Assembly: GCA_040905565.1 (NCBI GenBank)
Contig: JBBDRF010000077.1
Location: forward strand, 1 to 53,783
Source of the DNA: Phycisphaeraceae bacterium
Lineage (GTDB): Bacteria > Planctomycetota > Phycisphaerae > Phycisphaerales > Zrk34
Direction of reading: 5' to 3'
Length of the DNA stretch: 53,783 nucleotides
Position numbers and translations under genes: made by a program. Of this stretch, positions 1-9,236 are shown one piece after another (within the stretch, counting starts at the first letter, position 1; the number at the start of each line of letters is the position of its first letter). The notes beneath the pieces are model-generated. The model was not told where the DNA came from. It searched no databases and saw only the letters and a list, made by a program, of their open reading frames with translations.

Positions 1-2
1 GG

Positions 3-31
3 ACCCACGGCGTTACGCCGTGGGCTTCGTG
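3..31. repeat. REP-like palindrome, family B, copy 1
   Basis: acccacggcg-tta-cgccgtgggcttcgtg; near-identical copies at 6809-6840 (reverse orientation) and 52094-52122. Confidence 0.8.
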
Positions 32-273
32 CTCGGAAAATACATCGCGGGGGTTTCGGGATCGACTGGACAAGTGGTCCGGGATGGGTCATAATGAAGT
101 AATCATCCGAGGGGAAGTTTTCGTCGGAAGCACGTTGATGGGCCGGGTTGACCATTCGATCGCATGAGAAGACCTCCGCGCCTGATCGAATTTTCACCAG
201 TTGCCTGCCGGTGTGCGCCCTTTGGATGGTCGGGCGAAACCGTTTCCGACAAACTCGAAAATTTAGTGATTAC

Positions 274-1449
274 ATGAACCGACGGACAGGTGTTATCGAC
301 CTGTCACAGACGGCTGATGGTCGTTTGCGACGGTTGGAAAAGACGCTGTTAGAGAGGCCTGACGATCCGATCGTACCAGCGCGACTGGTGGATCGCTTTC
401 AGCTGCGCACTGGGATGGCCATCACGTGCGACATCGGCAGCCGCCGAGGGCCGGAGAGCTCGGGCAAGCGTAAAAAGAAGAAGTCCAAGCAGGCGCGGGA
501 GTTAGCTGCTGCGCCGCGGGTTGAGGACATTGTGGAGATCGAGGGGGAGCCGGCGAACGAGTACCAGGCTCCGCCGTTGCTGGAGACGCGGACGAGTATC
601 GATCCGCAGCCCTGGCTGAAGCTGGAGTACCCCGATTGTCCGCCCGCCTGCCGCTTGATCGACCTGTTCTGCCCGATCGGGTACGGCCAGCGTGGGCTGA
701 TCGTCTCGCCGCCGAAGGCCGGTAAGACGATGCTTTTGCAGCAGATCGCGAAGTCGGTCAGCAAGAATCATCCCGAGATGGTCGTCTGGGCGCTGCTGAT
801 TGATGAGCGTCCGGAGGAGGTCACCGACTTCCGCCGAAACGTGCCCTGCGAGGTGTACGCTTCGAGCAACGATCACACCGCCGATCGGCACGTGAACCTG
901 GCGATCATGACGATCGAGCGCGCCAAACGTCTCGCTGAACAGGGCAAGGACGTGGTGATTGTGCTGGATTCGCTGACGAGGCTGGGCCGGGCGTTCAACA
1001 CGGCGCCGGGCATGGCGAACACCGGTCGGACGCTCAGCGGCGGCCTCGATGCGGGGGCGCTCAGTGTGCCCAAGCAGCTGTTCGGCGCAGCCCGGAACAC
1101 CGAGGAAGCCGGCTCGCTGACCATCCTCGCCACCTGCCTGGTCGACACCGGCAGCCGAGGCGATCAGGTCATCTTCGAAGAGTTCAAAGGCACGGGCAAC
1201 ATGGAGATGATTCTCGATCGCGAGATCGCCAATCAGCGTGTCTACCCGGCCATCAACCTCGCTGCTTCAGGGACGCGGAAGGAACATCTGCTGCTGGATG
1301 AGCAGACGCTGGCGACGACGACGGCCCTGCGCCGACGCTTGCTGAGCATGCCCGCGCTGCAGCAGGTCGAGCAGCTGCTCAAAGCGGTGGAACACTTCAA
1401 AACCAACGACGAACTCGTCGGCAAAAACCAACCCGCCTCAGCGCGGTAA
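274..1449 (+). CDS. rho: Transcription termination factor Rho, short/divergent form
   Basis: IGYGQRGLIVSPPKAGKT (Walker A), LLIDERPEEVTD, VIVLDSLTRLGRAFN, GRTLSGG, EEFKGTGNME, SGTRKEHLL. ATG at 274 chosen over the ORF-track TTG at 148. Confidence 0.92.
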   Translation: MNRRTGVIDLSQTADGRLRRLEKTLLERPDDPIVPARLVDRFQLRTGMAITCDIGSRRGPESSGKRKKKKSKQARELAAAPRVEDIVEIEGEPANEYQAPPLLETRTSIDPQPWLKLEYPDCPPACRLIDLFCPIGYGQRGLIVSPPKAGKTMLLQQIAKSVSKNHPEMVVWALLIDERPEEVTDFRRNVPCEVYASSNDHTADRHVNLAIMTIERAKRLAEQGKDVVIVLDSLTRLGRAFNTAPGMANTGRTLSGGLDAGALSVPKQLFGAARNTEEAGSLTILATCLVDTGSRGDQVIFEEFKGTGNMEMILDREIANQRVYPAINLAASGTRKEHLLLDEQTLATTTALRRRLLSMPALQQVEQLLKAVEHFKTNDELVGKNQPASAR

Positions 1450-1478
1450 AACGTCCGCAGTGGCGCGGTTGTCAGCGA

Positions 1479-1544
1479 CCTGCGACGCGTAGCGTCGCGG
1501 CTGTTTTGCGGCGCGCGGTTAGCCGCGACGCTACGCGTCGCAGG
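1479..1544. repeat. Inverted pair of 24-bp palindromic units (REP-like family C) between convergent rho and rhomboid genes
   Basis: cctgcgacgcgtagcgtcgcggct (1479-1502) and its exact reverse complement (1521-1544). Confidence 0.85.
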
Positions 1545-1568
1545 GGATGGCGCGGAAAGGTGGGGGGG

Positions 1569-2465
1569 TCAGGGCTCGCGGCGTTGTTCGGTGGCGGTGT
1601 GCAGGACCTTCTTCTCACGGCGGGTGAGGCTCTGCAGGCCCTGGCGGGCGACCTTATCGAGGATGCGGTCGACCTCCCGCTCAAGCTCGCGGGTCTGCTC
1701 AAGGCGACGGCGCACGCGCTTCTGCTGCAGGCGGTGGACCATCCCCCGCGGTGCCACTTTGTGCCAGGGCATGCGGTCGACGAAGTTCAGCCAGTGTGCG
1801 TTTTTAATCAGCAGGAAGCCTAGCGCTGCCCCGCCGAGGTGGGCCGCTTCGCCGCCGGCATTGCGAGCACCGGCGATGAGTGAAAACGCAGCGATGCCGA
1901 GAATGATGAACGCCAGTGTGCGAAGTTGTAACGGGAACACGCCCCAGACGTGAACGACCTGTGCGGGGTAGAGCACGGCACAGGCGATGAGGGTGCCGTA
2001 GACGCTGCCGGACGCGCCGACGAGGGGCATGTCGGGGGTGGTATTGAGCAGGCCCGGCACGAATGAAAAGATGCTGTAGATGACGGCGGCGGCGCAGCCG
2101 CAGAGCAGGTAGAACGCGAGGAAGCGTCTGCTGCCGAGGTACTGTTCGATGAGCGGGCCGAAGAAGTACAGCACGATCATGTTGAAGAGGATGTGGAGCA
2201 AGCTCGAGGGCGAGTGGAGGAACTGGTAGGTGACGAAGCGCCAGACCTGGCCGCCGTAGATGGCCTGTTCGATGTTGAAGTTGCCCCAGACGAAGGGCGA
2301 GAAGGCGGCGGCGCGGTTGCTGCCGAGCGTGATCATCACGATCAGATGGACGACAACATTGATACCGATGAGCCAGATGGTGACGGAGCCGCCGAAGCTG
2401 CGTCTGCCGAACATCGGGCCGGAGCCGGTGGGTTCATGGCGGTAAGGTCGGTCGTAATATCCCAT
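1569..2465 (-). CDS. Rhomboid family intramembrane serine protease with C-terminal helical tail
   Basis: WRFVTYQFLH, HILFNM, GASG catalytic Ser, AHLGGA catalytic His; C-terminal EVDRILDKV..GLQSLT..EK motif. Confidence 0.93.
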   Translation of the reverse strand: MGYYDRPYRHEPTGSGPMFGRRSFGGSVTIWLIGINVVVHLIVMITLGSNRAAAFSPFVWGNFNIEQAIYGGQVWRFVTYQFLHSPSSLLHILFNMIVLYFFGPLIEQYLGSRRFLAFYLLCGCAAAVIYSIFSFVPGLLNTTPDMPLVGASGSVYGTLIACAVLYPAQVVHVWGVFPLQLRTLAFIILGIAAFSLIAGARNAGGEAAHLGGAALGFLLIKNAHWLNFVDRMPWHKVAPRGMVHRLQQKRVRRRLEQTRELEREVDRILDKVARQGLQSLTRREKKVLHTATEQRREP

Positions 2466-2535
2466 TGGGGTGACTCTAGGGCGCGGCGGGAGGAGCGGCC
2501 ATGCGGCATCTCCCCGATGTACCCTCGGTTTTGCC

Positions 2536-3075
2536 TTATTTCTCGGTGAAAAGCTGTTGAAAAAGGATCATTGCGATGGTCTTCGCGTCTTCGATTTCGC
2601 CGTTTTGGATCATTTCCAGCACGCGCTTCCGGGGAATGGTTTCGACGGTGATGTGCTCGCCGTCCTCAAGCTGCTGCCCTTCGTGGTGGAGCCCGGTCGC
2701 CAGGAAGGCGTGCATGCGTTCGTTGCAGATGCCGGGCGTGGTGTAGAAGGAAGTCAGTTGTTTTATCGTATCCGCTCGATAGCCGGTTTCCTCGAGCAGT
2801 TCACGGCCGGCGCAGTCGGCAGGATCCTCGCCGGCCTCCAGCGTGCCCGCCGGCAACTCGTAAATTTCCTTGCCCACGGCGAAACGCTGATTGCGGATCA
2901 GCACCAGTTCGTCGTCGGCGGTGAGCGCCAGAATCACGACGGCCCCGCTATGGACCACGATCTCCCGGTGTAGCGTGGCACCGGATCGGCCGACGAGATC
3001 GACGACGTCGACGGCGAACTTCGTGCCTTCGAAGACACGCTCACGGTTGTGAACACGATGATCTAACTCGCCCAT
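2536..3075 (-). CDS. Nudix hydrolase (ADP-ribose pyrophosphatase-like)
   Basis: Nudix box ELPAGTLEAGEDPADCAGRELLEETGY; C-terminal IEDAKT. Confidence 0.93.
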   Translation of the reverse strand: MGELDHRVHNRERVFEGTKFAVDVVDLVGRSGATLHREIVVHSGAVVILALTADDELVLIRNQRFAVGKEIYELPAGTLEAGEDPADCAGRELLEETGYRADTIKQLTSFYTTPGICNERMHAFLATGLHHEGQQLEDGEHITVETIPRKRVLEMIQNGEIEDAKTIAMILFQQLFTEK

Positions 3076-3122
3076 GGCCGCAGTTTACCACATGACGCGA
3101 AGTGCGTTGGGCGGGGCGCATG

Positions 3123-3184
3123 ATAGCCGCGAGACTACGTCTCGCAGGACCCCCTTTTCCTGCGAGACGTAGTCTCGCGGCTAT
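3123..3184. repeat. Inverted pair of palindromic units (REP-like family C), second locus
   Basis: atagccgcgagactacgtctcgcagga (3123-3149) and its reverse complement (3158-3184). Confidence 0.85.
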
Positions 3185-3203
3185 TATTTTGCCTTGCGGC
3201 GTG

Positions 3204-3240
3204 AAAAAAGCCCGACCGGTTGTGTGACCGGGCGGGCTTT
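3204..3240 (-). terminator. Intrinsic terminator downstream of clpS
   Basis: Minus strand reads aaagcccgcccggtcacacaaccggtcgggctttttt: GC-rich stem plus U-tract. Confidence 0.7.
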
Positions 3241-3268
3241 GGCTGAGTTGCGATGGTGCGGCCTGGCG

Positions 3269-3592
3269 TCAGGTCGCTTCCGGCTCGATGGTGACGGTCA
3301 GGCCCTTGCTGACGAACTGCTGCTGATACAGCTCAGCTCGTTCCTTGTGCGTCAGCACCAGCAGGGCGGTGCCGCTTGCGTGGGCTTCCTGCATGCGGCC
3401 ACGCGCATCGGGCCAGTTCAACGGCGTGAGCTGGAACACGGTTCGCGTGACGTAGTCCATCGAGTTGCGGTCATCATTATGAAGCAACACTCGGTACGGA
3501 GGCAGTTGTTGCGGTTTAGGCGGCGGGGCCTTGGGCTGCTGGTGCCCTCTCTCCGTCGAGTGTTCAGAAGCGTTGGTTTTTGGACGTGCCAT
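3269..3592 (-). CDS. clpS: ATP-dependent Clp protease adaptor ClpS
   Basis: PPYRVLLHNDD.NSMDYV, MQEAHASGTALL, ERAELY...LTVTIEP; start MARPK inferred. Confidence 0.9.
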   Translation of the reverse strand: MARPKTNASEHSTERGHQQPKAPPPKPQQLPPYRVLLHNDDRNSMDYVTRTVFQLTPLNWPDARGRMQEAHASGTALLVLTHKERAELYQQQFVSKGLTVTIEPEAT

Positions 3593-3694
3593 GACGTTCT
3601 TCCCCCTTCCACTGGATCCAACAACAAACATGATAGGCGTCGAATCGGCCAGGGGGGGAGCCGATCGCACCGGTTTAGACAATTGCGAGGCCGA

Positions 3695-4210
3695 TTAATC
3701 GGTCTGCGTCTGATCCTCGTCCTGATCCTCGTCCTGCGGCGGCTGATCGTCCTGCGGCTCGACCCGCTCAAGCTCGGCGTCGGGCAGGGGCGGCTCCTCC
3801 ACGGGCGTGAAGGTGGCATCCTGAATCTCCGCCTCTTCAATCTCGCGCATCTCCACCCGCATGTAAACGGGGTTGCCCGAGAGCTTCACCCGCTCATCGA
3901 GGCTGCCGAACCGGGAGCTGGTCTCGAAGAGATTCCAGCGCATGGCATCAGCGGGCTCGGCGCCGGTGTATTCTGATTGGGTCCAGGTGGTGGGCTGCTC
4001 AAAATCGACCACAAGCGTTTCGCCGACGGGGATATCCATCGACCAGACGGTTTCGCCGTTGGTTGAGTCGACGAGGGTGAGCCTCTTGGGATGCTGCGTG
4101 GTGGAGGAGATGTTGTGCCGATCGAGGCTCATGCCGTACGGTGCCTTGACGCAGCCCTGGAGTCCGGCGGCGGCGAGCAAAGTCAACGCGAGCAGTTGGG
4201 GAAGCTTCAT
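3695..4210 (-). CDS. Hypothetical lipoprotein with acidic C-terminal tail
   Basis: Signal peptide with lipobox-like LLAAAGLQG-C; D/E/Q/P-rich C-terminus. Confidence 0.75.
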   Translation of the reverse strand: MKLPQLLALTLLAAAGLQGCVKAPYGMSLDRHNISSTTQHPKRLTLVDSTNGETVWSMDIPVGETLVVDFEQPTTWTQSEYTGAEPADAMRWNLFETSSRFGSLDERVKLSGNPVYMRVEMREIEEAEIQDATFTPVEEPPLPDAELERVEPQDDQPPQDEDQDEDQTQTD

Positions 4211-4281
4211 AACGCCCTCTTTAGGTGGTGATTCAAAGTCAGTTGCCTATACAATAGGGATTCAACCCAGCGAGGCCAATC

Positions 4282-4599
4282 ATGGACAAGAACTCTGGTG
4301 AGCCCCAGTCGACAGGACGCCGTCGTTTCTTTCGGCAATTTCTTGCCTCGGCGATAGACGGCGTGGAAGAACTTGGCCGAGGTTTGAACGAGGCGAAGCG
4401 CGAAATCGAGGCCCAGCGTCAGGCGTGGCAGCAGCCTCAGCCCCGGTACGACACGACGCACTGGACGCCTCCGGAGCGCTACGGCCCGCCCTGGCCGCCG
4501 CCTTACGGCCCGCCGATTCCCAAGGCGGTGCGGCAGAACCTGCGCAAACTGCAGGAATATTACTACACGACCGATACGGTCTCCCGCGGGGAGGCTTGA
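4282..4599 (+). CDS. Hypothetical protein (105 aa)
   Basis: ATG preceded by GAGG; GRRRFFRQFL motif; Pro/Tyr-rich YGPPWPPPYGPPIP. Confidence 0.6.
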   Translation: MDKNSGEPQSTGRRRFFRQFLASAIDGVEELGRGLNEAKREIEAQRQAWQQPQPRYDTTHWTPPERYGPPWPPPYGPPIPKAVRQNLRKLQEYYYTTDTVSRGEA

Positions 4600-4621
4600 G
4601 CGGGCCCCCAGAGCGTTGAAG

Positions 4622-4765
4622 ACGAGCCGCGACCGTGAGGGAGCGGACCCGCGCCCGACCGCGACAGGACGATCGGCATTGCAGCAAAGTACCCGGACGT
4701 TGCTTGCAGATGCGGCCGTTTGGCTGCCCCCAGCGCACAACCGCTCCCTTACGGTCGCGGCTCGT
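4622..4765. repeat. 144-bp REPIN/MITE-like element, family A, copy 1
   Basis: 25-bp terminal inverted repeats acgagccgcgaccgtgagggagcgg (4622-4646) and ccgctcccttacggtcgcggctcgt (4741-4765); 94-bp interior. Confidence 0.9.
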
Positions 4766-4887
4766 ATGGCGGCTGGTGTTGCATCTGTCGGCTGCATCAA
4801 ACTCAACGTCGAACCCCCGATTCGTGGCGAGGTGCAAAAGGCCAATCGCCTGACGCCGCCATTGTACCCCCCTTGATGCGGCACGTC

Positions 4888-5466
4888 TTAAAACATTCTG
4901 ACTGAGACGATGACCAGCAGCGCGAAGACGAAGCCGAAGAGCCCGCCGCCGAGGAGCCAGCGGATGGCCTGGTCGAGTTTTCGGAACTTCGCGTCGGCGA
5001 CCACGCTGTTGTGGTAGATCATGGTGGTCAGCTCGTCGACGGCGTCGTCGGGCTCGAGGTTTTCCATCATGGCTTTGTATTGATCCATCGGCATGTGCGC
5101 GATGGACTGGAAAAAGAAGGGCGAGGGGGCGGCTTGTTCGTGGTTGAGGATGCGCGGGCGGACGACGCTGATCATCTTCATCATCGCGACGGTGAGGCAG
5201 CCGATGCAGATGGCGTACATGGCGACGACGGCGGAGAAGGCTGCGAGCCCGCTGCCGCCCTGATCGAGGTAGCCCTTGAGCACCCCGATCGTCGGGGGCA
5301 GCCCGATGAAAGTGGCCCCGAACAGCCCCAGACCGATGCGCATGAGAAACCGGGCCTTGCGGTCGGCCATCTGCACGAATTCGAGCGTCATCCGCAGTTG
5401 ATACTCGCAGACAGCGAGGCGGTTGAGCGTCGGTTTTTCCAGTTGTTCAGGGGCCTGCGTCGACAT
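4888..5466 (-). CDS. Pycsar-effector-like (DUF5706-type) three-TM membrane protein
   Basis: Pattern 'QMADRKARFL-TM-TM-RP..PFFFQSIA..DELTTMIY.NS.VA.AKF..L..A-TM' matches the Pycsar transmembrane effector family as I recall it. Confidence 0.7.
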   Translation of the reverse strand: MSTQAPEQLEKPTLNRLAVCEYQLRMTLEFVQMADRKARFLMRIGLGLFGATFIGLPPTIGVLKGYLDQGGSGLAAFSAVVAMYAICIGCLTVAMMKMISVVRPRILNHEQAAPSPFFFQSIAHMPMDQYKAMMENLEPDDAVDELTTMIYHNSVVADAKFRKLDQAIRWLLGGGLFGFVFALLVIVSVRMF

Positions 5467-5612
5467 GCCGGCCAATATAGAGCATCACAGGCACAAGCGG
5501 GAGGGTTTTTCGCGAAGCCCCGCCTGCTAACCGCTTCTTGCGATGGCTGCGGCACGGGTTATCATGGCCGATTCCCTTCCTTACCCCTTTTGATATGACA
5601 CGAGGAACTGCC

Positions 5613-6782
5613 ATGCCCGCTCCGCTGACGTTCAAGCAACGCGTGATGACGCCCGGCCCCACCGATGTGCCCCCCGAAGTGCTGCTGGAAATGGCGCAGC
5701 CGATCATCCACCATCGCACCAAGGCCTTCCAGGCGATCTTCCAGGAACTCAGCGAATCGCTGCAACGGCTGTTCCGCACGACCGGACCGGTCCTCTCCAT
5801 CGCAGGTTCGGGCACGACGGCCTTTGAAGCGGCGCAGATCAGCCTCATGCCGCCCGGCGGTAAGGCGCTGACCATCGCCGGCGGCAAGTTCGGCGAACGC
5901 TGGCAGGATATTTACGACACGTACGGCATCGAGCAGATCAAGCTCGACGTCCCCTGGGGCGAAGCGGCCGACCCGGCCAAGGTCGAGCAGATCCTCAAAG
6001 ACAATCCCGATATTCAGATCGTGACGCTGGTGCACAGCGAAACGTCGACGGCCACGGCCAGCGATGCGAAGAAGATCGCGGAGATCGTGAGCAAGACCGA
6101 TGCGCTGCTGCTGCTCGATGCGATTACCGCCGTCGGGGCCCTGCCGGTGGATCAGGATGCGTGGGGGATTGATGTGCTGGTGACCGGTTCGCAGAAGGCG
6201 ATGATGCTGCCGCCGGGGCTCGGGTTCGTGGGACTGGGCCAGCGGGCGATCAAACGGCTGGAAGAGACGAAGGGGCTGCCCGCGTACAACCTCGATCTGC
6301 GTCGCTGGCTCAAGAGCTACAAGAGCAACGATGTGCCGTTCACGCCGCCGGTGAGCCTGATTCGCGGTCAGCGTGTGGCATTGCAGATCGTTGAGAAGGT
6401 CGGCCTGGAGAACGTCTGGCTGCGGACGGCGGCGCTGGCCAAGGCGACGCGAGCAGCGTTCGAGGCGATGGGCCTGACGCTTGTGAGCAAGAGCCCCAGC
6501 GACAGCGTCAGCGGGGCTTACTATCCCGAGGGCATCGAAGATGGTGCGTTCCGCAAGGCGATGCGCGAGACGCACGGCATTCATATGGCGGGCGGGCAGG
6601 ACGGCCGCGGGGCGAAGTGGAAGGGCAAAATCTTCCGCCTGAATCACATGGGGTACGTCGATGCGGGCGACACACTGGCGGCACTGCAGGCCATCGAAGC
6701 GGAGTTCGTCGCAGCCGGTGCGGTGAAGACGCCGGCCGGCACCGCACTCGCCGCGGCAGGCAAGGTGATGGCGGAAGCGTAA
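5613..6782 (+). CDS. Class V PLP-dependent aminotransferase (alanine-glyoxylate/serine-pyruvate family)
   Basis: MTPGPT, HHRT, GSGT, GKFGERW, VHSETST, LDAIT, TGSQKA.MLPPGL, FRLNHMG. Confidence 0.93.
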   Translation: MPAPLTFKQRVMTPGPTDVPPEVLLEMAQPIIHHRTKAFQAIFQELSESLQRLFRTTGPVLSIAGSGTTAFEAAQISLMPPGGKALTIAGGKFGERWQDIYDTYGIEQIKLDVPWGEAADPAKVEQILKDNPDIQIVTLVHSETSTATASDAKKIAEIVSKTDALLLLDAITAVGALPVDQDAWGIDVLVTGSQKAMMLPPGLGFVGLGQRAIKRLEETKGLPAYNLDLRRWLKSYKSNDVPFTPPVSLIRGQRVALQIVEKVGLENVWLRTAALAKATRAAFEAMGLTLVSKSPSDSVSGAYYPEGIEDGAFRKAMRETHGIHMAGGQDGRGAKWKGKIFRLNHMGYVDAGDTLAALQAIEAEFVAAGAVKTPAGTALAAAGKVMAEA

Positions 6783-6808
6783 AACTCGCGCACCACACAA
6801 ATGACCCC

Positions 6809-6840
6809 CGAAGCCCACGGCGTGACGTCGTGGGCTTTTT
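6809..6840. repeat. REP-like palindrome, family B, copy 2 (probably also a terminator between convergent genes)
   Basis: cgaagcccacggcgtgacgtcgtgggcttttt. Confidence 0.75.
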
Positions 6841-7775
6841 TATTTCGGTGCGACCAGCCCCGCCGCCCCGATGAAGCCGGCGTCGTTGCCGAGGCTTGCG
6901 AGCTTGAGGACGACCTGCTCGGGCCTGATGGTCCAGGTTTGAGCATCGAAAACTTTGCGGACGCGGTCGGTGAGGGTTGCTCCGGCTGCGACGACGCCGC
7001 CGCCTAGCACGATGACCTGCGGATCGAAGATGCGGACAAGGTTCACGCACGCCACGCCGAGGTAATCGGCGAACGTGTCGAGCACTTCGACGGAAACGGC
7101 GTCGCCTTGCTGGGCAGCTTCGAAGACGTCTTTGCTGGTGGGGTTGGCGGGGAGCTGTGACGACCGGCCTTCATCGAGCAGGCGCTGGGCATCGCGGGCG
7201 ATGGCGTTGGCGCTGGCGTACTGTTCGAGGCACCCGAGCTGACCGCAGGGGCACGGCCGACCGTTGATCTGCATGATCATGTGGCCCAGCTCGGTGCCGG
7301 CGTTGTGGGCCCCGGCGAACAGTTCACCGGCGATGATGATCCCGCCGCCGACGCCCGTGCCGAGCGTGAGCAGGATCATGTCCGACGCCTCTTCGCCGGC
7401 CCCGGTCCAGAACTCGCCGTAGGCGGCGACGTTCGCATCGTTGAAGACCCGAATGGGCCGATCGAGTCTGGCTTTGAGCTCGTCACGCAGGGGAATGTTC
7501 ACCCAACCCTTGAGGTTCGGCGCGCCCAGCACGACGGCACACTCGGCATCGGTGGGCCCGGGCGTGCCGACGCCGACGGCGGAGATCTCGGTCATCTGCA
7601 CGCCGGCTTCTTCTGCGAGGGTGCGTGAAAGTTCGGCCATGCGATCCATCACGTGGGCGGGGCCCTGGTCGGCTTCGGTGGCGATGGAGCGCTTGGCGAG
7701 CACCTCAGCTTTGCTGTTGAGCAGGCCGCCTTTGATGTTCGTGCCGCCGAGGTCCAATCCGATCTGATAGCTCAA
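6840..7775 (-). CDS. ROK family sugar kinase (glucokinase-like)
   Basis: IGLDLGGT, GVGTPG, NDANVAAYGE, TLGTGVGGG, ELGHM, CPCGQLGCLE; TTG start at 7775 inferred. Confidence 0.9.
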   Translation of the reverse strand: MSYQIGLDLGGTNIKGGLLNSKAEVLAKRSIATEADQGPAHVMDRMAELSRTLAEEAGVQMTEISAVGVGTPGPTDAECAVVLGAPNLKGWVNIPLRDELKARLDRPIRVFNDANVAAYGEFWTGAGEEASDMILLTLGTGVGGGIIIAGELFAGAHNAGTELGHMIMQINGRPCPCGQLGCLEQYASANAIARDAQRLLDEGRSSQLPANPTSKDVFEAAQQGDAVSVEVLDTFADYLGVACVNLVRIFDPQVIVLGGGVVAAGATLTDRVRKVFDAQTWTIRPEQVVLKLASLGNDAGFIGAAGLVAPK

Positions 7776-7961
7776 GAGTCGTCTCCGCGAAGCGCGCCTT
7801 TGTGGAAGCCCCCGGTTGGGGGCGGGGCGATTTAATGGGGAGCATGATAGCTGATACGCTGGCGACGTAACAGCACCGGTGCCTATAATGGGGTTCTCCC
7901 GATAGACGTTGCGTTTCTTGATCCAACGGCTGCTTCGCGCAGTCACCGGAGGTTTTTGACC

Positions 7962-9140
7962 ATGTTGTGGCAGGCCCCATTGCCCAAGCGTTACGCCGCG
8001 ATGAGCGAGCAGGAACTCGATGCCGCCATCCGTGCGCGCAAAGCCGAACTCGGGCACGATCTGGTGATCCTCGGCCACCACTATCAGCAGGATGAAGTGG
8101 TCAATCACGCCGACTTCACCGGCGATTCGTTCAAACTTTCGCAGCTGGCGGCGGAGAAAGTCCGTGAAGCGGGCAGCAAATACGTCGTGTTCTGCGGCGT
8201 GCATTTCATGGCCGAGTCGGCGGATATCCTCACGCCTGAAGATGTCGCCGTGATACTGCCCGATCTCAGTGCCGGCTGCTCGATGGCGGACATGGCGCAG
8301 ATCGACGACGTGCGCGATGCGTGGGACCAGATTCACGAGGTGCTTGAGGAAGAGAAATTCCACGGCCGCGTCATCCCCATCACGTACATGAACTCCGCAG
8401 CGGACATCAAGGCGTTCGTCGGCGAGCACGGCGGGGCGGTCTGCACGTCGTCCAATGCGCGGGCGGTGCTGGAGTGGGCGTTCGCAGGGGGCACGCAGCC
8501 GCTTGAACCGGGCGAGCAGATCAAGGTGATGTTCTTCCCCGATCAGCACCTGGGGCGCAACACCGCTGCGGACCTCGGCTACGACATCGACACGCAGATG
8601 ACCCTCTGGGCCCCGCGGTCACCGATGCCCCTCGGCGGCACCGACGAAGCGGCCATCGTCCGCAGCAGCGTCATCCTCTGGAAGGGCCATTGCTCGGTGC
8701 ACAAACTGTTTCGGCCTGAGCATGTCGACGAACTTAAAGCTCACGATCCGGAGATGACCATCATCGTGCATCCGGAGTGCGATCACGAGGTTGTCGCCAA
8801 GGCCGATATGGCCGGCTCGACCGAGGCGATCATCAAGGCGATTCGCGAGGCGGAGCCGGGCAGCCGTTGGGCGATCGGCACGGAGGTGCATCTGGTGAAT
8901 CGGCTGGCGAAGGAAGCGGCTGAGCGCGATGTGCATGTCCGCATCCTTTCCGATTGCCAGTGCCTTTGCACGACGATGTACCGGATCGATCCCCAGCACC
9001 TGCTCTGGACGCTGGATAATCTGGCGGAGGGGCAGGTTGTGAATCAGATCAAAGTCGACCCCGCCACGCGTCGATGGTCACTGACAGCGCTTGAAAGAAT
9101 GCTGACGATCACGCAGCGCCCAGCCGCGACACCGGCGTGA
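7962..9140 (+). CDS. nadA: Quinolinate synthase
   Basis: ILGHHYQ, GDSF, FCGVHFMAE, AGCSMA, YMNS, CTSSNA, PDQHLG, CSVH, HPEC, GST, GTE, CTTMYRI. Confidence 0.96.
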   Translation: MLWQAPLPKRYAAMSEQELDAAIRARKAELGHDLVILGHHYQQDEVVNHADFTGDSFKLSQLAAEKVREAGSKYVVFCGVHFMAESADILTPEDVAVILPDLSAGCSMADMAQIDDVRDAWDQIHEVLEEEKFHGRVIPITYMNSAADIKAFVGEHGGAVCTSSNARAVLEWAFAGGTQPLEPGEQIKVMFFPDQHLGRNTAADLGYDIDTQMTLWAPRSPMPLGGTDEAAIVRSSVILWKGHCSVHKLFRPEHVDELKAHDPEMTIIVHPECDHEVVAKADMAGSTEAIIKAIREAEPGSRWAIGTEVHLVNRLAKEAAERDVHVRILSDCQCLCTTMYRIDPQHLLWTLDNLAEGQVVNQIKVDPATRRWSLTALERMLTITQRPAATPA

Positions 9141-9236
9141 TCCCCGCTTACAGTGATTGATGTCGGGGCGCGCAGGGGACGGCAGGCGGGGGAGCCGGAC
9201 CGTCCCCCAGTATCGCCCCGCAAAGGGGCTTTGACG

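Noticed and set aside
6840..8549. 569-aa ORF suggesting a long N-terminal extension on the ROK kinase
   Set aside because: The extension is largely the antisense shadow of nadA; ROK homology begins at about 7775.
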